Positions 23,081 through 36,700 of a stretch of 64,000 nucleotides of DNA are shown one piece after another. Origin of the DNA: Squalus acanthias (taxonomy: Eukaryota). The stretch spans positions 310,001 to 374,000 of the forward strand of contig JASTWF010000368.1 of NCBI GenBank assembly GCA_030390025.1. The letters run 5' to 3'. Each line of letters starts with the position of its first letter. Within the stretch, counting starts at the first letter, position 1. The position numbers and the translations under genes were made by a program. The notes beneath the pieces were generated by a model. It was given only the letters and a program-made list of their open reading frames with translations. It was not told the origin of the DNA and ran no database searches.

Positions 23081-23329
23081 CTCAGGTAGAGAATATAATG
23101 GGTTGTGTGAGTGTTAGCTTAGGACAGAGTACAAGGTTAATGCAGTTGTTAATGGTTAACCCTTATCTGTGGTGCAGGAGTATGTGGGCTCCGAGAGACC
23201 GAGGAGCCAGGCTGGAGTGCGGCACTTCCAGGACAGCTTATCAGCTGAGAGCGGACTTTCCCCAGCTGCAGAGAGACACCCATAGTCCGACTCACTCAGA
23301 AATACTCTCCGACTGCACGGAGAGAGCTG

Positions 23330-24755
23330 TAACTATTTTAAAAAGGTGGTAGAGAAAAAACGGGGAATTATAGCCTGACATTAGGTAGTGGGCAAAATGC
23401 TAGAATCCATTATAAAAGATGTAATAGCAGAGCACTTGGAAAACAGTGACAGGATCGGACAAAGTCAACATGGATTTACAAAAGGGAAATCATGCCTGAC
23501 TAATCTACTGGAATTTTTTTTGAGGATGTAACTGGTAGAATAGATAAGGGAGAAACAGTGGATGTGGTGTATTTGGACTTTCAGAAGGCTTTCGATAAGG
23601 TCCCGCCTAAGAGATTAGCGTGCAAAGTTAAAGCACATGGGATTGGGGGTGAGGTACTGATTTGGATAGAGAACTGGATGGCAGACAGGAAGCAAAGAGT
23701 TGGAATAAACGGGTCTTTTTCCGAGTGGCAGGCCGTGAGTAGTGGGGTACCGCAGGGATCGGTGCTGGGACCCCAGCTATTCACAATATATATTAATGAT
23801 CTAGACGAGGGAACTAGATGTAATCTCTCCAAGTTTGCAGATGACACAAAGCTGGGTGGGCGTGTGTGCTGTGAGGAGGCAGAGAAACTCCAGTATGATT
23901 TGGACAGGTTGGGTGATTGGGCAGATGCATGGCAGATGCAGTATAATGTGGATAAATGCGAGGTTATCCACTTTGGTGGCAAAAACAGGAAGGCAGATTA
24001 TTATCTGAACGGCAATAGATTGGGAAAAGGGGAAGTGCAACGAGATCTGGGAGTCCTTGTGCACCAGTCGCTGAAGGTAAGCATGCAGGTGCAGCAGGCG
24101 GTTAAGAAGGCAAATGGTATGTTGGCCTTCACAGCGAGAGGATTCGAGTACAGGAGCAAGGATGTCTTGCTGCAGTTGTACAGGCCTTGGTGAGACCACA
24201 CCTTGAGTATTGTGTGCAGTTTTGGTCGCCTTATCTGAGGAAGGATGTTCTTGCCATGGAGGGAGTGCAGTGAAGATTCACCAGACTGATACCTGGGATG
24301 GCAGGAATGACGTATGAAGAGAGATTGGGTCGATTAGGCTTATATTCACTAGAGTTTAGAAGAATGAGAGGGGATCTCATTGAAACTTATAAAATTCTAA
24401 CAGGACTAGACAGACTAGATGCAGGAAGGATGGTCCCGATAGCGGGGGAGTCCAGAACCAGGGGTCACAGTCTAAAGATAAGGGGTAAGCCATTTAGGAC
24501 TGAGATGAGGAGGAATTTCTTCACCCAGAGAGTGGTGAACCTGTGGAATTCTCTACCACAGAAGGCAGTTGAGTCCAATTCATTAAATATATTCAAGAAG
24601 GAGTTGGATATATTTCTTAAAGCTAAGGGGATCAAGGGATATGGGGAGAAAGCAGGGACAGGGTACGGAATTTGGATGATCAGCCATGATCTCATCAAAT
24701 GGCGGAGCAGGCTCGAGGGGCCGAATGGCCTACTCCTGCTCCTATCTTCTATGTA
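23330..24755 (+). mobile_element. 5'-truncated CR1 LINE (RT and 3' UTR), degenerate
   Basis: VDVVYLDFQKAFDKVP, GVPQGSVLGP and KFADDTKL; frameshifts and stops; CR1 tail at ~24745-24755. Confidence 0.95.
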
Positions 24756-25094
24756 ACCTGAGAGAATCCAGCCCATCGCCTCTGTCGCCAGAGCCCTCCG
24801 ATTCCGCCACCCTCATCGGCGGGCTATTCGATTGTGAGAAGCATCACGGTCGACATCCCCTTTAAGCTGCGTGGCCGCACAGCGCTCTGGAGTTTCTGCA
24901 CTGCCAGCTCCCTGGCTTTTACATGCTTAAACCACACGTGCGCAGATTTTTGAACAGGCCGCCCCCCCGCCCCCACTGACCCCGTTCCCAACCTCCAACC
25001 CCAGGGGTTACTGGGTGGGTATTGGGCTGATTTCACTCCCTCCCCCCCCCACCCGCCAGCACCTCTCGCTAACCCAGAGGTGCTGAGATGAGCT

Positions 25095-25325
25095 GGGGAC
25101 TTCTCCCCAGTGACCTGGGGGCCAATATTTAATCCCTCAATCAACGTAACCAAAACAGATGATCTGGTCATTATCACATTGCCGTTTGTGGGAGCTTGCT
25201 GTGCTCAAGTTGGCTGCCGTGTTTCCCACATTGCAGCAATGACTGTACATCAAAAGAATTGTACTTCATTGGCTGTGAAGACACTTTGCGACGTCTTGAG
25301 GGGTTGAAAAGCGCTGTAGAAACGG
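25095..25325 (+). mobile_element. Deu-domain-like SINE 3' fragment
   Basis: Similar to 27300-27500 (GGGGCCAATATT..CTGGTCATTATCACATTG..TTCATTGGCTGT). Confidence 0.75.
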
Positions 25326-25484
25326 GAGTCAGCGGAACTCGGGAGAGGTCAGGAGCAACGACATCAGACATTTCCGTATCTCAGGATCACCCAGGGTTCC
25401 CTGCTCGCTCCCTCGACTGGGAATACTGCGATGGGCTGCTCTCTCTGTCTCTGAGCTTCAGACTGTGGCTCAGTGGCTAGCACG

Positions 25485-27098
25485 CATAGAAACTTAGAAA
25501 AATAGGAGCAGGAGTAGGCCATTCGGCCCTTCAAGCCTGCTCCTCCATTCAATATGATCATGGCTGATCCTCTATCAATACCATATTCCTGCTCTCTCCC
25601 CATACCCCTTGATGCCTTTTGTGTCTAGAAATCTATATCTCCTTCTTAAATATATTAAGTGACTTGGCCTCCACAGCCTTCTGTGGTAGAGAATTCCACA
25701 GGTTCACCACCCTCAGTGAAGAAATTCCTCCTCATCTCAGTCTTAAATGGCCGACCCCGTATCCTGAGACTGTGACCCCTCGTTCTAGACCCCCCAGCCA
25801 GGGGAAACATCCTCCCTGCATCCAGTCTGTCTAGCCCCGTCAGAATTTTATAAGTTTCCACGAGATCCCCTCTCATTCTTCTAAACTCTAGTGAATACAG
25901 GCCTAGTCGACCCAATCTCTCCTCATGACAGTCCTGCCATCCCAGGAATCAGTCTGGTGAACCTTCGCTGCACTCCCTCTATGGCAAGTATATCCTTTCT
26001 TAGGTAAGGAGACCAAAACTGCACACAGTACTCCAGGTGTGGTCTCACCAAGGCCCTGTACAATTGTAGTAAGACATCCTTGCTCCTGTACTCAAATCCT
26101 CTTGCAATGAAGGCCAACATACCATTTGCCTCCTAACTGCTTGCTGCACCTGCATGTTTGTTTTCAGTGACTGGTGTACAAGGACACCCAGGTCCCTTTG
26201 TACATCAACATTTCCCAATCTATCACCATTTAAATAATACTCTGCCTTTCTGTCTTTCCAACCGAAGTGGATAACTTCACAGTTATCCACGTTATACTGC
26301 ATCTGCCATGTATTTGCCCAATCACTCAACTTGTCTAAATCGCCCTGAAGCCTCTTTGCATCCTCCTCACAACTCACAATCGCACTTAGTTTCATGTCGT
26401 CAGCAAACTTGGAAATATTACATTTGGTTCCCTCATCCAAATCATTGATATATATTGTGAATAGCTGGGGCCCAAGCACTGATCCCTGCAGTACCCCACT
26501 AGTCACCGCCTGCCACCCCGAAAAAGACTCATTTATTCCTATTCTCAGTTTCCTGTCTGTTACCAATTTTCAATCCATGCCAGTATATTACCCCCAATCC
26601 CATGTGCTTTAATTTTGCACACTATCCTCTTATGTGGGACTTTATCAAAGGCCTTCTGAAAATCCAAATACACCACATCCACTGGTTCTCCCTTATCTAT
26701 TCTACCAGTTACATCCTCAAAAAACTCCAGTAGGTTTGTCAAACAAAATTTCCCTTTCATAAATCCATGTTGACTTTGTCTAATCCCATTGATATTTTCT
26801 AAGTGTCGTGTTATCATATCCTTTACAATAGATTCTAGCATTTTCCCTACTACTGATGTTAGTCTGCAGTTCCCTGTTTTCTCTCTCCCTCCTTTTTTAA
26901 ATACATTTGCCACCCTCCAATCTGCAGGAACTGTTCCATAATCTATAGAATTTTGGAAGATGACAACCAATGCATCCACTATTTCCATGGCTACCTCTTT
27001 TAGTACTCTGGGATGCAGATTATCAGGCCCTGGGGATTTATCAGCTTTCAGTCCCATTAATTTCTCCAGCACTATTTTTTTTACTAATACTAATTTCC
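25485..27098 (-). mobile_element. 5'-truncated CR1 LINE (RT and 3' UTR), degenerate
   Basis: Minus ORFs KSPGPDNLHPRVLKE, YLDFQKAFDKVPH, KFADD and RPHLEYCVQFWSP. Confidence 0.95.
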
Positions 27099-27505
27099 TT
27101 TGAGTCAGATGGTTGAGGATTCAAGTCCCACTCCAGAGAGTTGAGTGCAAAAATCCAGGCTGACACTCCCAGTGCAGCGCTGAGGGAGCGCTGCACTGTC
27201 AGAGGTGCCGTCTTTCGGATGAGACGTTAAACCGAGGCCCTGTCTGCTCTCTCAGGTGGATGTAAAAGATCCCATGGCACTATTTCGAAGAAGACCAGGG
27301 GAGTTATTCCCCGGTGTCCTGGGGCCAATATTTATCCTTCAATCAACATAAATAAAACAGATTATCTGGTCATTATCACATTGCTGTTTGTGGGAGCTTG
27401 CTGTGCGCAAATTGGCTGCTGCGATTCCTACATTACAACAGTGACTACACATCCAAAGTACTTCATTGGCTGTAAAGCGCTTTGGGACGTCCGGTGGTCA
27501 TGAAA
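27099..27505 (+). mobile_element. Deu-domain-like SINE (partial tRNA-like head, conserved body, tail)
   Basis: B-box-like GATTCAAGTCC followed by GCACTGTCAGAGGTGCCGTCTTTCGGATGAGACGTTAAACCGAGGCCC, which I recognise as a DeuSINE-type core; three more copies in the window. Confidence 0.78.
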
Positions 27506-27541
27506 GGCTTTCTTTCTCTCTCTCTGTGTGCCTGTCTGTCG

Positions 27542-27741
27542 NNNNNNNNNNNNNNNNNNNNNNNNNNNNNNNNNNNNNNNNNNNNNNNNNNNNNNNNNNN
27601 NNNNNNNNNNNNNNNNNNNNNNNNNNNNNNNNNNNNNNNNNNNNNNNNNNNNNNNNNNNNNNNNNNNNNNNNNNNNNNNNNNNNNNNNNNNNNNNNNNNN
27701 NNNNNNNNNNNNNNNNNNNNNNNNNNNNNNNNNNNNNNNNN
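27542..27741. other. Assembly gap (200 N)
   Basis: Run of exactly 200 N, typical of a scaffolding spacer of unknown true size. Confidence 0.99.
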
Positions 27742-30700
27742 GGAAGGGGTTTGGGTCCATTGGGATTGTGTACAATGGGAGTGAATGGGAAGGGGTTTGG
27801 TCCATTGGGATTGTGTACAATGGGAGTGAATGGGAAGGGTTTGGTCCATTGGGATTGTGTACAATGGGAGTGAATGGGAAGGGGTTTGGTCCATTGGGAT
27901 TGTGTACAATGGGAGTGAATGGGAAGGGGTTTGGTCCATTGGGATTGTGTACAATGGGAGTGAATGGGAAGGGGTTTGGTCCATTGGGATTGTGTACAAT
28001 GGGAGTGAATGGGAAGGGGTTTGGTCCATTGGGATTGTGTACAATGGGAGTGAATGGGAAGGGGTTTGGTCCATTGGGATTGTGTACAGTGGGAGTGAAT
28101 GGGAAGGGGTTTGGTCCATTGGGATTGTGTACAGTGGGAGTGAATGGGAAGGGGTTTGGTCCATTGGGATTGTGTACAATGGGAGTGAATGGGAAGGGGT
28201 TTGGGTCCATTGGGATTGTGTACAATGGGAGTGAATGGGAAGGGGTTTGGTCCATTGGGATTGTGTACAATGGGAGTGAATGGGAAGGGGTTGGGTCCAT
28301 TGGGATTGTGTACAATGGGAGTGAATGGGAAGGGGTTTGGGTCCATTGGGATTGTGTACAATGGGAGTGAATGGGAAGGGGTTTGGTCCATTGGGATTGT
28401 GTACAATGGGAGTGAATGGGAAGGGGTTTGGTCCATTGGGATTGTGTACAGTGGGAGTGAATGGGAAGGGGTTTGGTCCATTGGGATTGTGTACAGTGGG
28501 AGTGAATGGGAAGGGGTTTGGATCCATTGGGATTGTGTACAGTGGGAGTGAATGGGAAGGGGTTTGGGTCCATTGGGATTGTGTACAGTGGGAGTGAATG
28601 GGAAGGGGTTTGGTCCATTGGGATTGTGTACAGTGGGAGTGAATGGGAAGGGGTTTGGTCCATTGGGATTGTGTACAATGGGAGTGAATGGGAAGGGGTT
28701 TGGGTCCATTGGGATTGTGTACAATGGGAGTGAATGGGAAGGGGTTTTGATCCATTGGGATTCGGTAAGTGGGAGTGAATGGGAAGGGGTTTGGGTCCAT
28801 TGGGATTGTGTACAATGGAGTGAATGGGAAGCGGTTTGGGTCCATTGGGATTGTGTACAATGGGAGTGAATGGGAAGGGGTTTGGGTCCATTGGGATTGT
28901 GTACAATGGGAGTGAATGGGAAGGGGTTTGGTCCATTGGGATTGTGTACAGTGGGAGTGAATGGGAAGGGGTTTGGGTCCATTGGGATTGTGTACAGTGG
29001 GAGTGAATGGGAAGGGGTTTGGGTCCATTGGGATTGTGTACAGTGGGAGTGAATGGGAAGGGGTTTGGGTCCATTGCGATTGTGTACAGTGGGAGTGAAT
29101 GGGAAGGGGTTTGGGTCCATTGGGATTGTGTACAATGGGAGTGAATGGGAAGGGGTTTGGGTCCATTGGGATTCTGTACAATGGGAGTGAATGGGAAGGG
29201 GTTTGGTCCATTGGGATTGTGTACAATGGGAGTGAATGGGAAGGGGTTTGGGTCCATTGGGATTGTGTACAATGGGAGTGAATGGGAAGGGGTTTGGGTC
29301 CATTGGGATTGTGTACAATGGGAGTGAATGGGAAGGGGTTTGGTCCATTGGGATTGTGTACAATGGGAGTGAATGGGAAGGGGTTTGGGTCCATTGGGAT
29401 TGTGTACAATGGGAGTGAATGGGAAGGGGTTTGGGTCCATTGGGATTGTGTACAATGGGAGTGAATGGGAAGGGGTTTGGTCCATTGGGATTGTGTACAA
29501 TGGGAGTGAATGGGAAGGGGTTTGGGTCCATTGGGATTGTGTACAATGGGAGTGAATGGGAAGGGGTTTGGTCCATTGGGATTGTGTACAATGGGAGTGA
29601 ATGGGAAGGGGTTTGGTCCATTGGGATTGTGTACAATGGGAGTGAATGGGAAGGGGTTTGGTCCATTGGGATTGTGTACAGTGGGAGTGAATGGGAAGGG
29701 GTTTGTGTCCATTGGGATTGTGTACAATGGGAGTGAATGGGAAGGGATTTGGTCCATTGGGATTGTGTACAATGGGAGTGAATGGGAAGGGTTGTGGGTC
29801 CATTGGGATTCGGTATGGTGGGAGTGAATGGGAAGGGGTTTTGATCCATTGGGATTCGGTATGGTGGGAGTGAATGGGAAGGGGTTTGGGTCCATTGGGA
29901 TTGTGTACAGTGGGAGTGAATGGGAAGGGGTTTGGTCCATTGGGATTGTGTACAGTGGGAGTGAATGGGAAGGGGTTTGGTCCATTGGGATTGTGTACAA
30001 TGGGAGAGAATGGGAAGGGGTTTTGATCCATTGGGATTGTGTACAATGGGAGTGAATGGGAAGGGGTTTGGGTCCATTGGGATTGTGTACAGTGGGAGTG
30101 AATGGGAAGGGGTTTGGGTCCATTGGGATTGTGTACAGTGGGAGTGAATGGGAAGGGGTTTGTGTCCATTGGGATTGTGTACAGTGGGAGTGAATGGGAA
30201 GGGGTTTGGGTCCATTGGGATTGTGTACAATGGGAGTGAATGGGAAGGGGTTTGGTCCATTGGGATTGTGTACAATGGGAGTGAATGGGAAGGGGTTTGG
30301 TCCATTGGGATTGTGTACAGTGGGAGTGAATGGGAAGGGGTTTGGTCCATTGGGATTGTGTACAGTGGGAGTGAATGGGAAGGGGTTTGGGTCCATTGGG
30401 ATTGTGTACAGTGGGAGTGAATGGGAAGGGGTTTGGTCCATTGGGATTGTGTACAGTGGGAGTGAATGGGAAGGGGTTTGGTCCATTGGGATTGTGTACA
30501 ATGGGAGTGAATGGGAAGGGGTTTGGGTCCATTGGGATTGTGTACAATGGGAGTGAATGGGAAGGGGTTTGGTCCATTGGGATTGTGTACAATGGGAGTG
30601 AATGGGAAGGGGTTTGGGTCCATTGGGATTGTGTACAATGGGAGTGAATGGGAAGGGGTTTGGGTCCATTGGGATTGTGTACAATGGGAGTGAATGGGAA

Positions 30701-33700
30701 GGGGTTTGGTCCATTGGGATTGTGTACAATGGGAGTGAATGGGAAGGGGTTTGGTCCATTGGGATTGTGTACAGTGGGAGTGAATGGGAAGGGGTTTGGT
30801 CCATTGGGATTGTGTACAATGGGAGTGAATGGGAAGGGTTTGGTCCATTGGGATTGTGTACAATGGGAGTGAATGGGAAGGGTTTGGGTCCATTGGGATT
30901 GTGTACAGTGGGAGTGAATGGGAAGGGGTTTGGTCCATTGGGATTGTGTACAGTGGGAGTGAATGGGAAGGGGTTTGGGTCCATTGGGATTGTGTACAGT
31001 GGGAGTGAATGGGAAGGGGTTTGGTCCATTGGGATTGTGTACAGTGGGAGTGAATGGGAAGGGGTTTGGGTCCATTGGGATTGTGTACAGTGGGAGTGAA
31101 TGGGAAGGGGTTTGGGTCCATTGGGATTGTGTACAGTGGGAGTGAATGGGAAGGGGTTTGGTCCATTGGGATTGTGTACAGTGGGAGTGAATGGGAAGGG
31201 GTTTGGTCCATTGGGATTGTGTACAATGGGAGTGAATGGGAAGGGGTTTGGGTCCATTGGGATTGTGTACAATGGGAGTGAATGGGAAGGGGTTTGGGTC
31301 CATTGGGATTGTGTACAATGGGAGTGAATGGGAAGGGGTTTGGTCCATTGGGATTGTGTACAATGGGAGTGAATGGGAAGGGGTTTGGTCCATTGGGATT
31401 GTGTACAGTGGGAGTGAATGGGAAGGGGTTTGGTCCATTGGGATTGTGTACAATGGGAGTGAATGGGAAGGGGTTTGGGTCCATTGGGATTGTGTACAGT
31501 GGGAGTGAATGGGAAGGGGTTTGGTCCATTGGGATTGTGTACAATGGGAGTGAATGGGAAGGGGTTTGGGTCCATTGGGATTGTGTACAGTGGGAGTGAA
31601 TGGGAAGGGGTTTGGTCCATTGGGATTGTGTACAGTGGGAGTGAATGGGAAGGGGTTTGGGTCCATTGGGATTGTGTACAGTGGGAGTGAATGGGAAGGG
31701 GTTTGGTCCATTGGGATTGTGTACAGTGGGAGTGAATGGGAAGGGGTTTGGGTCCATTGGGATTGTGTACAGTGGGAGTGAATGGGAAGGGTTTGGTCCA
31801 TTGGGATTGTGTACAATGGGAGTGAATGGGAAGGGGTTTGGGTCCATTGGGATTGTGTACAATGGGAGTGAATGGGAAGGGGTTTGGTCCATTGGGATTG
31901 TGTACAGTGGGAGTGAATGGGAAGGGGTTTGGTCCATTGGGATTGTGTACAGTGGGAGTGAATGGGAAGGGGTTTGGGTCCATTGGGATTGTGTACAATG
32001 GGAGTGAATGGGAAGGGGTTTGGGTCCATTGGGATTGTGTACAGTGGGAGTGAATGGGAAGGGGTTTGGGTCCATTGGGATTGTGTACAGTGGGAGTGAA
32101 TGGGAAGGGGTTTGGTCCATTGGGATTGTGTACAATGGGAGTGAATGGGAAGGGGTTTGGGTCCATTGGGATTGTGTACAATGGGAGTGAATGGGAAGGG
32201 GTTTGGGTCCATTGGGATTGTGTACAATGGGAGTGAATGGGAAGGGGTTTGGTCCATTGGGATTGTGTACAATGGGAGTGAATGGGAAGGGGTTTGGTCC
32301 ATTGGGATTGTGTACAATGGGAGTGAATGGGAAGGGGTTTGGTCCATTGGGATTGTGTACAATGGGAGTGAATGGGAAGGGGTTTGGTCCATTGGGATTG
32401 TGTACAATGGGAGTGAATGGGAAGGGGTTTGGTCCATTGGGATTGTGTACAGTGGGAGTGAATGGGAAGGGGTTTGGGTCCATTGGGATTGTGTACAATG
32501 GGAGTGAATGGGAAGGGGTTTGGTCCATTGGGATTGTGTACAATGGGAGTGAATGGGAAGGGGTTTGGGTCCATTGGGATTGTGTACAGTGGGAGTGAAT
32601 GGGAAGGGGTTTGGTCCATTGGGATTGTGTACAGTGGGAGTGAATGGGAAGGGGTTTGGTCCATTGGGATTGTGTACAGTGGGAGTGAATGGGAAGGGGT
32701 TTGGTCCATTGGGATTGTGTACAGTGGGAGTGAATGGGAAGGGGTTTGGTCCATTGGGATTGTGTACAATGGGAGTGAATGGGAAGGGGTTTGGGTCCAT
32801 TGGGATTGTGTACAGTGGGAGTGAATGGGAAGGGGTTTGGTCCATTGGGATTGTGTACAATGGGAGTGAATGGGAAGGGGTTTGGGTCCATTGGGATTGT
32901 GTACAGTGGGAGTGAATGGGAAGGGGTTTGGTCCATTGGGATTGTGTACAGTGGGAGTGAATGGGAAGGGGTTTGGGTCCATTGGGATTGTGTACAGTGG
33001 GAGTGAATGGGAAGGGGTTTGGTCCATTGGGATTGTGTACAATGGGAGTGAATGGGAAGGGGTTTGGGTCCATTGGGATTGTGTACAATGGGAGTGAATG
33101 GGAAGGGGTTTGGTCCATTGGGATTGTGTACAATGGGAGTGAATGGGAAGGGGTTTGGTCCATTGGGATTGTGTACAATGGGAGTGAATGGGAAGGGGTT
33201 TGGTCCATTGGGATTGTGTACAGTGGGAGTGAATGGGAAGGGGTTTGGTCCATTGGGATTGTGTACAGTGGGAGTGAATGGGAAGGGGTTTGGTCCATTG
33301 GGATTGTGTACAATGGGAGTGAATGGGAAGGGGTTTGGTCCATTGGGATTGTGTACAATGGGAGTGAATGGGAAGGGGTTTGGTCCATTGGGATTGTGTA
33401 CAATGGGAGTGAATGGGAAGGGGTTTGGTCCATTGGGATTGTGTACAATGGGAGTGAATGGGAAGGGGTTTGGTCCATTGGGATTGTGTACAATGGGAGT
33501 GAATGGGAAGGGGTTTGGTCCATTGGGATTGTGTACAATGGGAGTGAATGGGAAGGGGTTTGGGTCCATTGGGATTGTGTACAATGGGAGTGAATGGGAA
33601 GGGGTTTGGTCCATTGGGATTGTGTACAATGGGAGTGAATGGGAAGGGGTTTGGTCCATTGGGATTGTGTACAATGGGAGTGAATGGGAAGGGGTTTGGT

Positions 33701-36700
33701 CCATTGGGATTGTGTACAATGGGAGTGAATGGGAAGGGGTTTGGGTCCATTGGGATTGTGTACAATGGGAGTGAATGGGAAGGGGTTTGGGTCCATTGGG
33801 ATTCTGTACAATGGGAGTGAATGGGAAGGGGTTTGGTCCATTGGGATTGTGTACAATGGGAGTGAATGGGAAGGGGTTTGGGTCCATTGGGATTGTGTAC
33901 AATGGGAGTGAATGGGAAGGGGTTTGGGTCCATTGGGATTCTGTACAATGGGAGTGAATGGGAAGGGGTTTGGTCCATTGGGATTGTGTACAATGGGAGT
34001 GAATGGGAAGGGGTTTGGGTCCATTGGGATTGTGTACAATGGGAGTGAATGGGAAGGGGTTTGGGTCCATTGGGATTGTGTACAATGGGAGTGAATGGGA
34101 AGGGGTTTGGTCCATTGGGATTGTGTACAATGGGAGTGAATGGGAAGGGGTTTGGTCCATTGGGATTGTGTACAGTGGGAGTGAATGGGAAGGGGTTTGT
34201 GTCCATTGGGATTGTGTACAATGGGAGTGAATGGGAAGGGGTTTGGTCCATTGGGATTGTGTACAATGGGAGTGAATGGGAAGGGTTTGGTCCATTGGGA
34301 TTGTGTACAATGGGAGTGAATGGGAAGGGGTTTGGTCCATTGGGATTGTGTACAATGGGAGTGAATGGGAAGGGGTTTGGGTCCATTGGGATTGTGTACA
34401 ATGGGAGTGAATGGGAAGGGGTTTGGTCCATTGGGATTGTGTACAGTGGGAGTGAATGGGAAGGGGTTTGGTCCATTGGGATTGTGTACAATGGGAGTGA
34501 ATGGGAAGGGGTTTGGTCCATTGGGATTGTGTACAATGGGAGTGAATGGGAAGGGGTTTGGGTCCATTGGGATTGTGTACAATGGGAGTGAATGGGAAGG
34601 GGTTTGGTCCATTGGGATTGTGTACAATGGGAGTGAATGGGAAGGGGTTTGGTCCATTGGGATTGTGTACAATGGGAGTGAATGGGAAGGGGTTTGGGTC
34701 CATTGGGATTGTGTACAGTGGGAGTGAATGGGAAGGGGTTTGGTCCATTGGGATTGTGTACAGTGGGAGTGAATGGGAAGGGGTTTGGGTCCATTGGGAT
34801 TGTGTACAGTGGGAGTGAATGGGAAGGGGTTTGGTCCATTGGGATTGTGTACAATGGGAGTGAATGGGAAGGGGTTTGGGTCCATTGGGATTGTGTACAA
34901 TGGGAGTGAATGGGAAGGGGTTTGGTCCATTGGGATTGTGTACAATGGGAGTGAATGGGAAGGGGTTTGGGTCCATTGGGATTGTGTACAATGGGAGTGA
35001 ATGGGAAGGGGTTTGGTCCATTGGGATTGTGTACAGTGGGAGTGAATGGGAAGGGGTTTGGTCCATTGGGATTGTGTACAGTGGGAGTGAATGGGAAGGG
35101 GTTTGGTCCATTGGGATTGTGTACAGTGGGAGTGAATGGGAAGGGGTTTGGGTCCATTGGGATTGTGTACAGTGGGAGTGAATGGGAAGGGGTTTGGTCC
35201 ATTGGGATTGTGTACAATGGGAGTGAATGGGAAGGGGTTTGGTCCATTGGGATTGTGTACAATGGGAGTGAATGGGAAGGGGTTTGGGTCCATTGGGATT
35301 GTGTACAATGGGAGTGAATGGGAAGGGGTTTGGTCCATTGGGATTGTGTACAGTGGGAGTGAATGGGAAGGGGTTTGGGTCCATTGGGATTGTGTACAAT
35401 GGGAGTGAATGGGAAGGGGTTTGGGTCCATTGGGATTGTGTACAATGGGAGTGAATGGGAAGGGGTTTGGGTCCATTGGGATTGTGTACAGTGGGAGTGA
35501 ATGGGAAGGGGTTTGGGTCCATTGGGATTGTGTACAGTGGGAGTGAATGGGAAGGGGTTTGGGTCCATTGGGATTGTGTACAATGGGAGTGAATGGGAAG
35601 GGGTTTGGGTCCATTGGGATTGTGTACAATGGGAGTGAATGGGAAGGGGTTTGGTCCATTGGGATTGTGTACAATGGGAGTGAATGGGAAGGGGTTTGGT
35701 CCATTGGGATTGTGTACAATGGGAGTGAATGGGAAGGGGTTTGGGTCCATTGGGATTGTGTACAATGGGAGTGAATGGGAAGGGGTTTGGTCCATTGGGA
35801 TTGTGTACAATGGGAGTGAATGGGAAGGGGTTTGGGTCCATTGGGATTGTGTACAATGGGAGTGAATGGGAAGGGGTTTGGGTCCATTGGGATTCGTGTA
35901 CAATGGGAGTGAATGGGAAGGGGTTTGGTCCATTGGGATTGTGTACAATGGGAGTGAATGGGAAGGGGTTTGGTCCATTGGGATTGTGTACAGTGGGAGT
36001 GAATGGGAAGGGGTTTGGTCCATTGGGATTGTGTACAATGGGAGTGAATGGGAAGGGTTTGGTCCATTGGGATTGTGTACAATGGGAGTGAATGGGAAGG
36101 GGTTTGGGTCCATTGGGATTGTGTACAGTGGGAGTGAATGGGAAGGGGTTTGGTCCATTGGGATTGTGTACAGTGGGAGTGAATGGGAAGGGGTTTGGTC
36201 CATTGGGATTGTGTACAGTGGGAGTGAATGGGAAGGGGTTTGGTCCATTGGGATTGTGTACAGTGGGAGTGAATGGGAAGGGGTTTGGTCCATTGGGATT
36301 GTGTACAATGGGAGTGAATGGGAAGGGGTTTGGTCCATTGGGATTGTGTACAATGGGAGTGAATGGGAAGGGGTTTGGGTCCATTGGGATTGTGTACAGT
36401 GGGAGTGAATGGGAAGGGGTTTGGTCCATTGGGATTGTGTACAATGGGAGTGAATGGGAAGGGGTTTGGTCCATTGGGATTCGTGTACAGTGGGAGTGAA
36501 TGGGAAGGGGTTTGGGTCCATTGGGATTGTGTACAGTGGGAGTGAATGGGAAGGGGTTTGGGTCCATTGGGATTGTGTACAGTGGGAGTGAATGGGAAGG
36601 GGTTTGGTCCATTGGGATTGTGTACAATGGGAGTGAATGGGAAGGGGTTTGGGTCCATTGGGATTGTGTACAATGGGAGTGAATGGGAAGGGGTTTGGGT

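Noticed and set aside
23178..23285. Possible + strand terminal exon (EYVGSERPRSQAG..AERHP*)
   Set aside because: Weak polypyrimidine tract, no recognisable homology and no partner exons.
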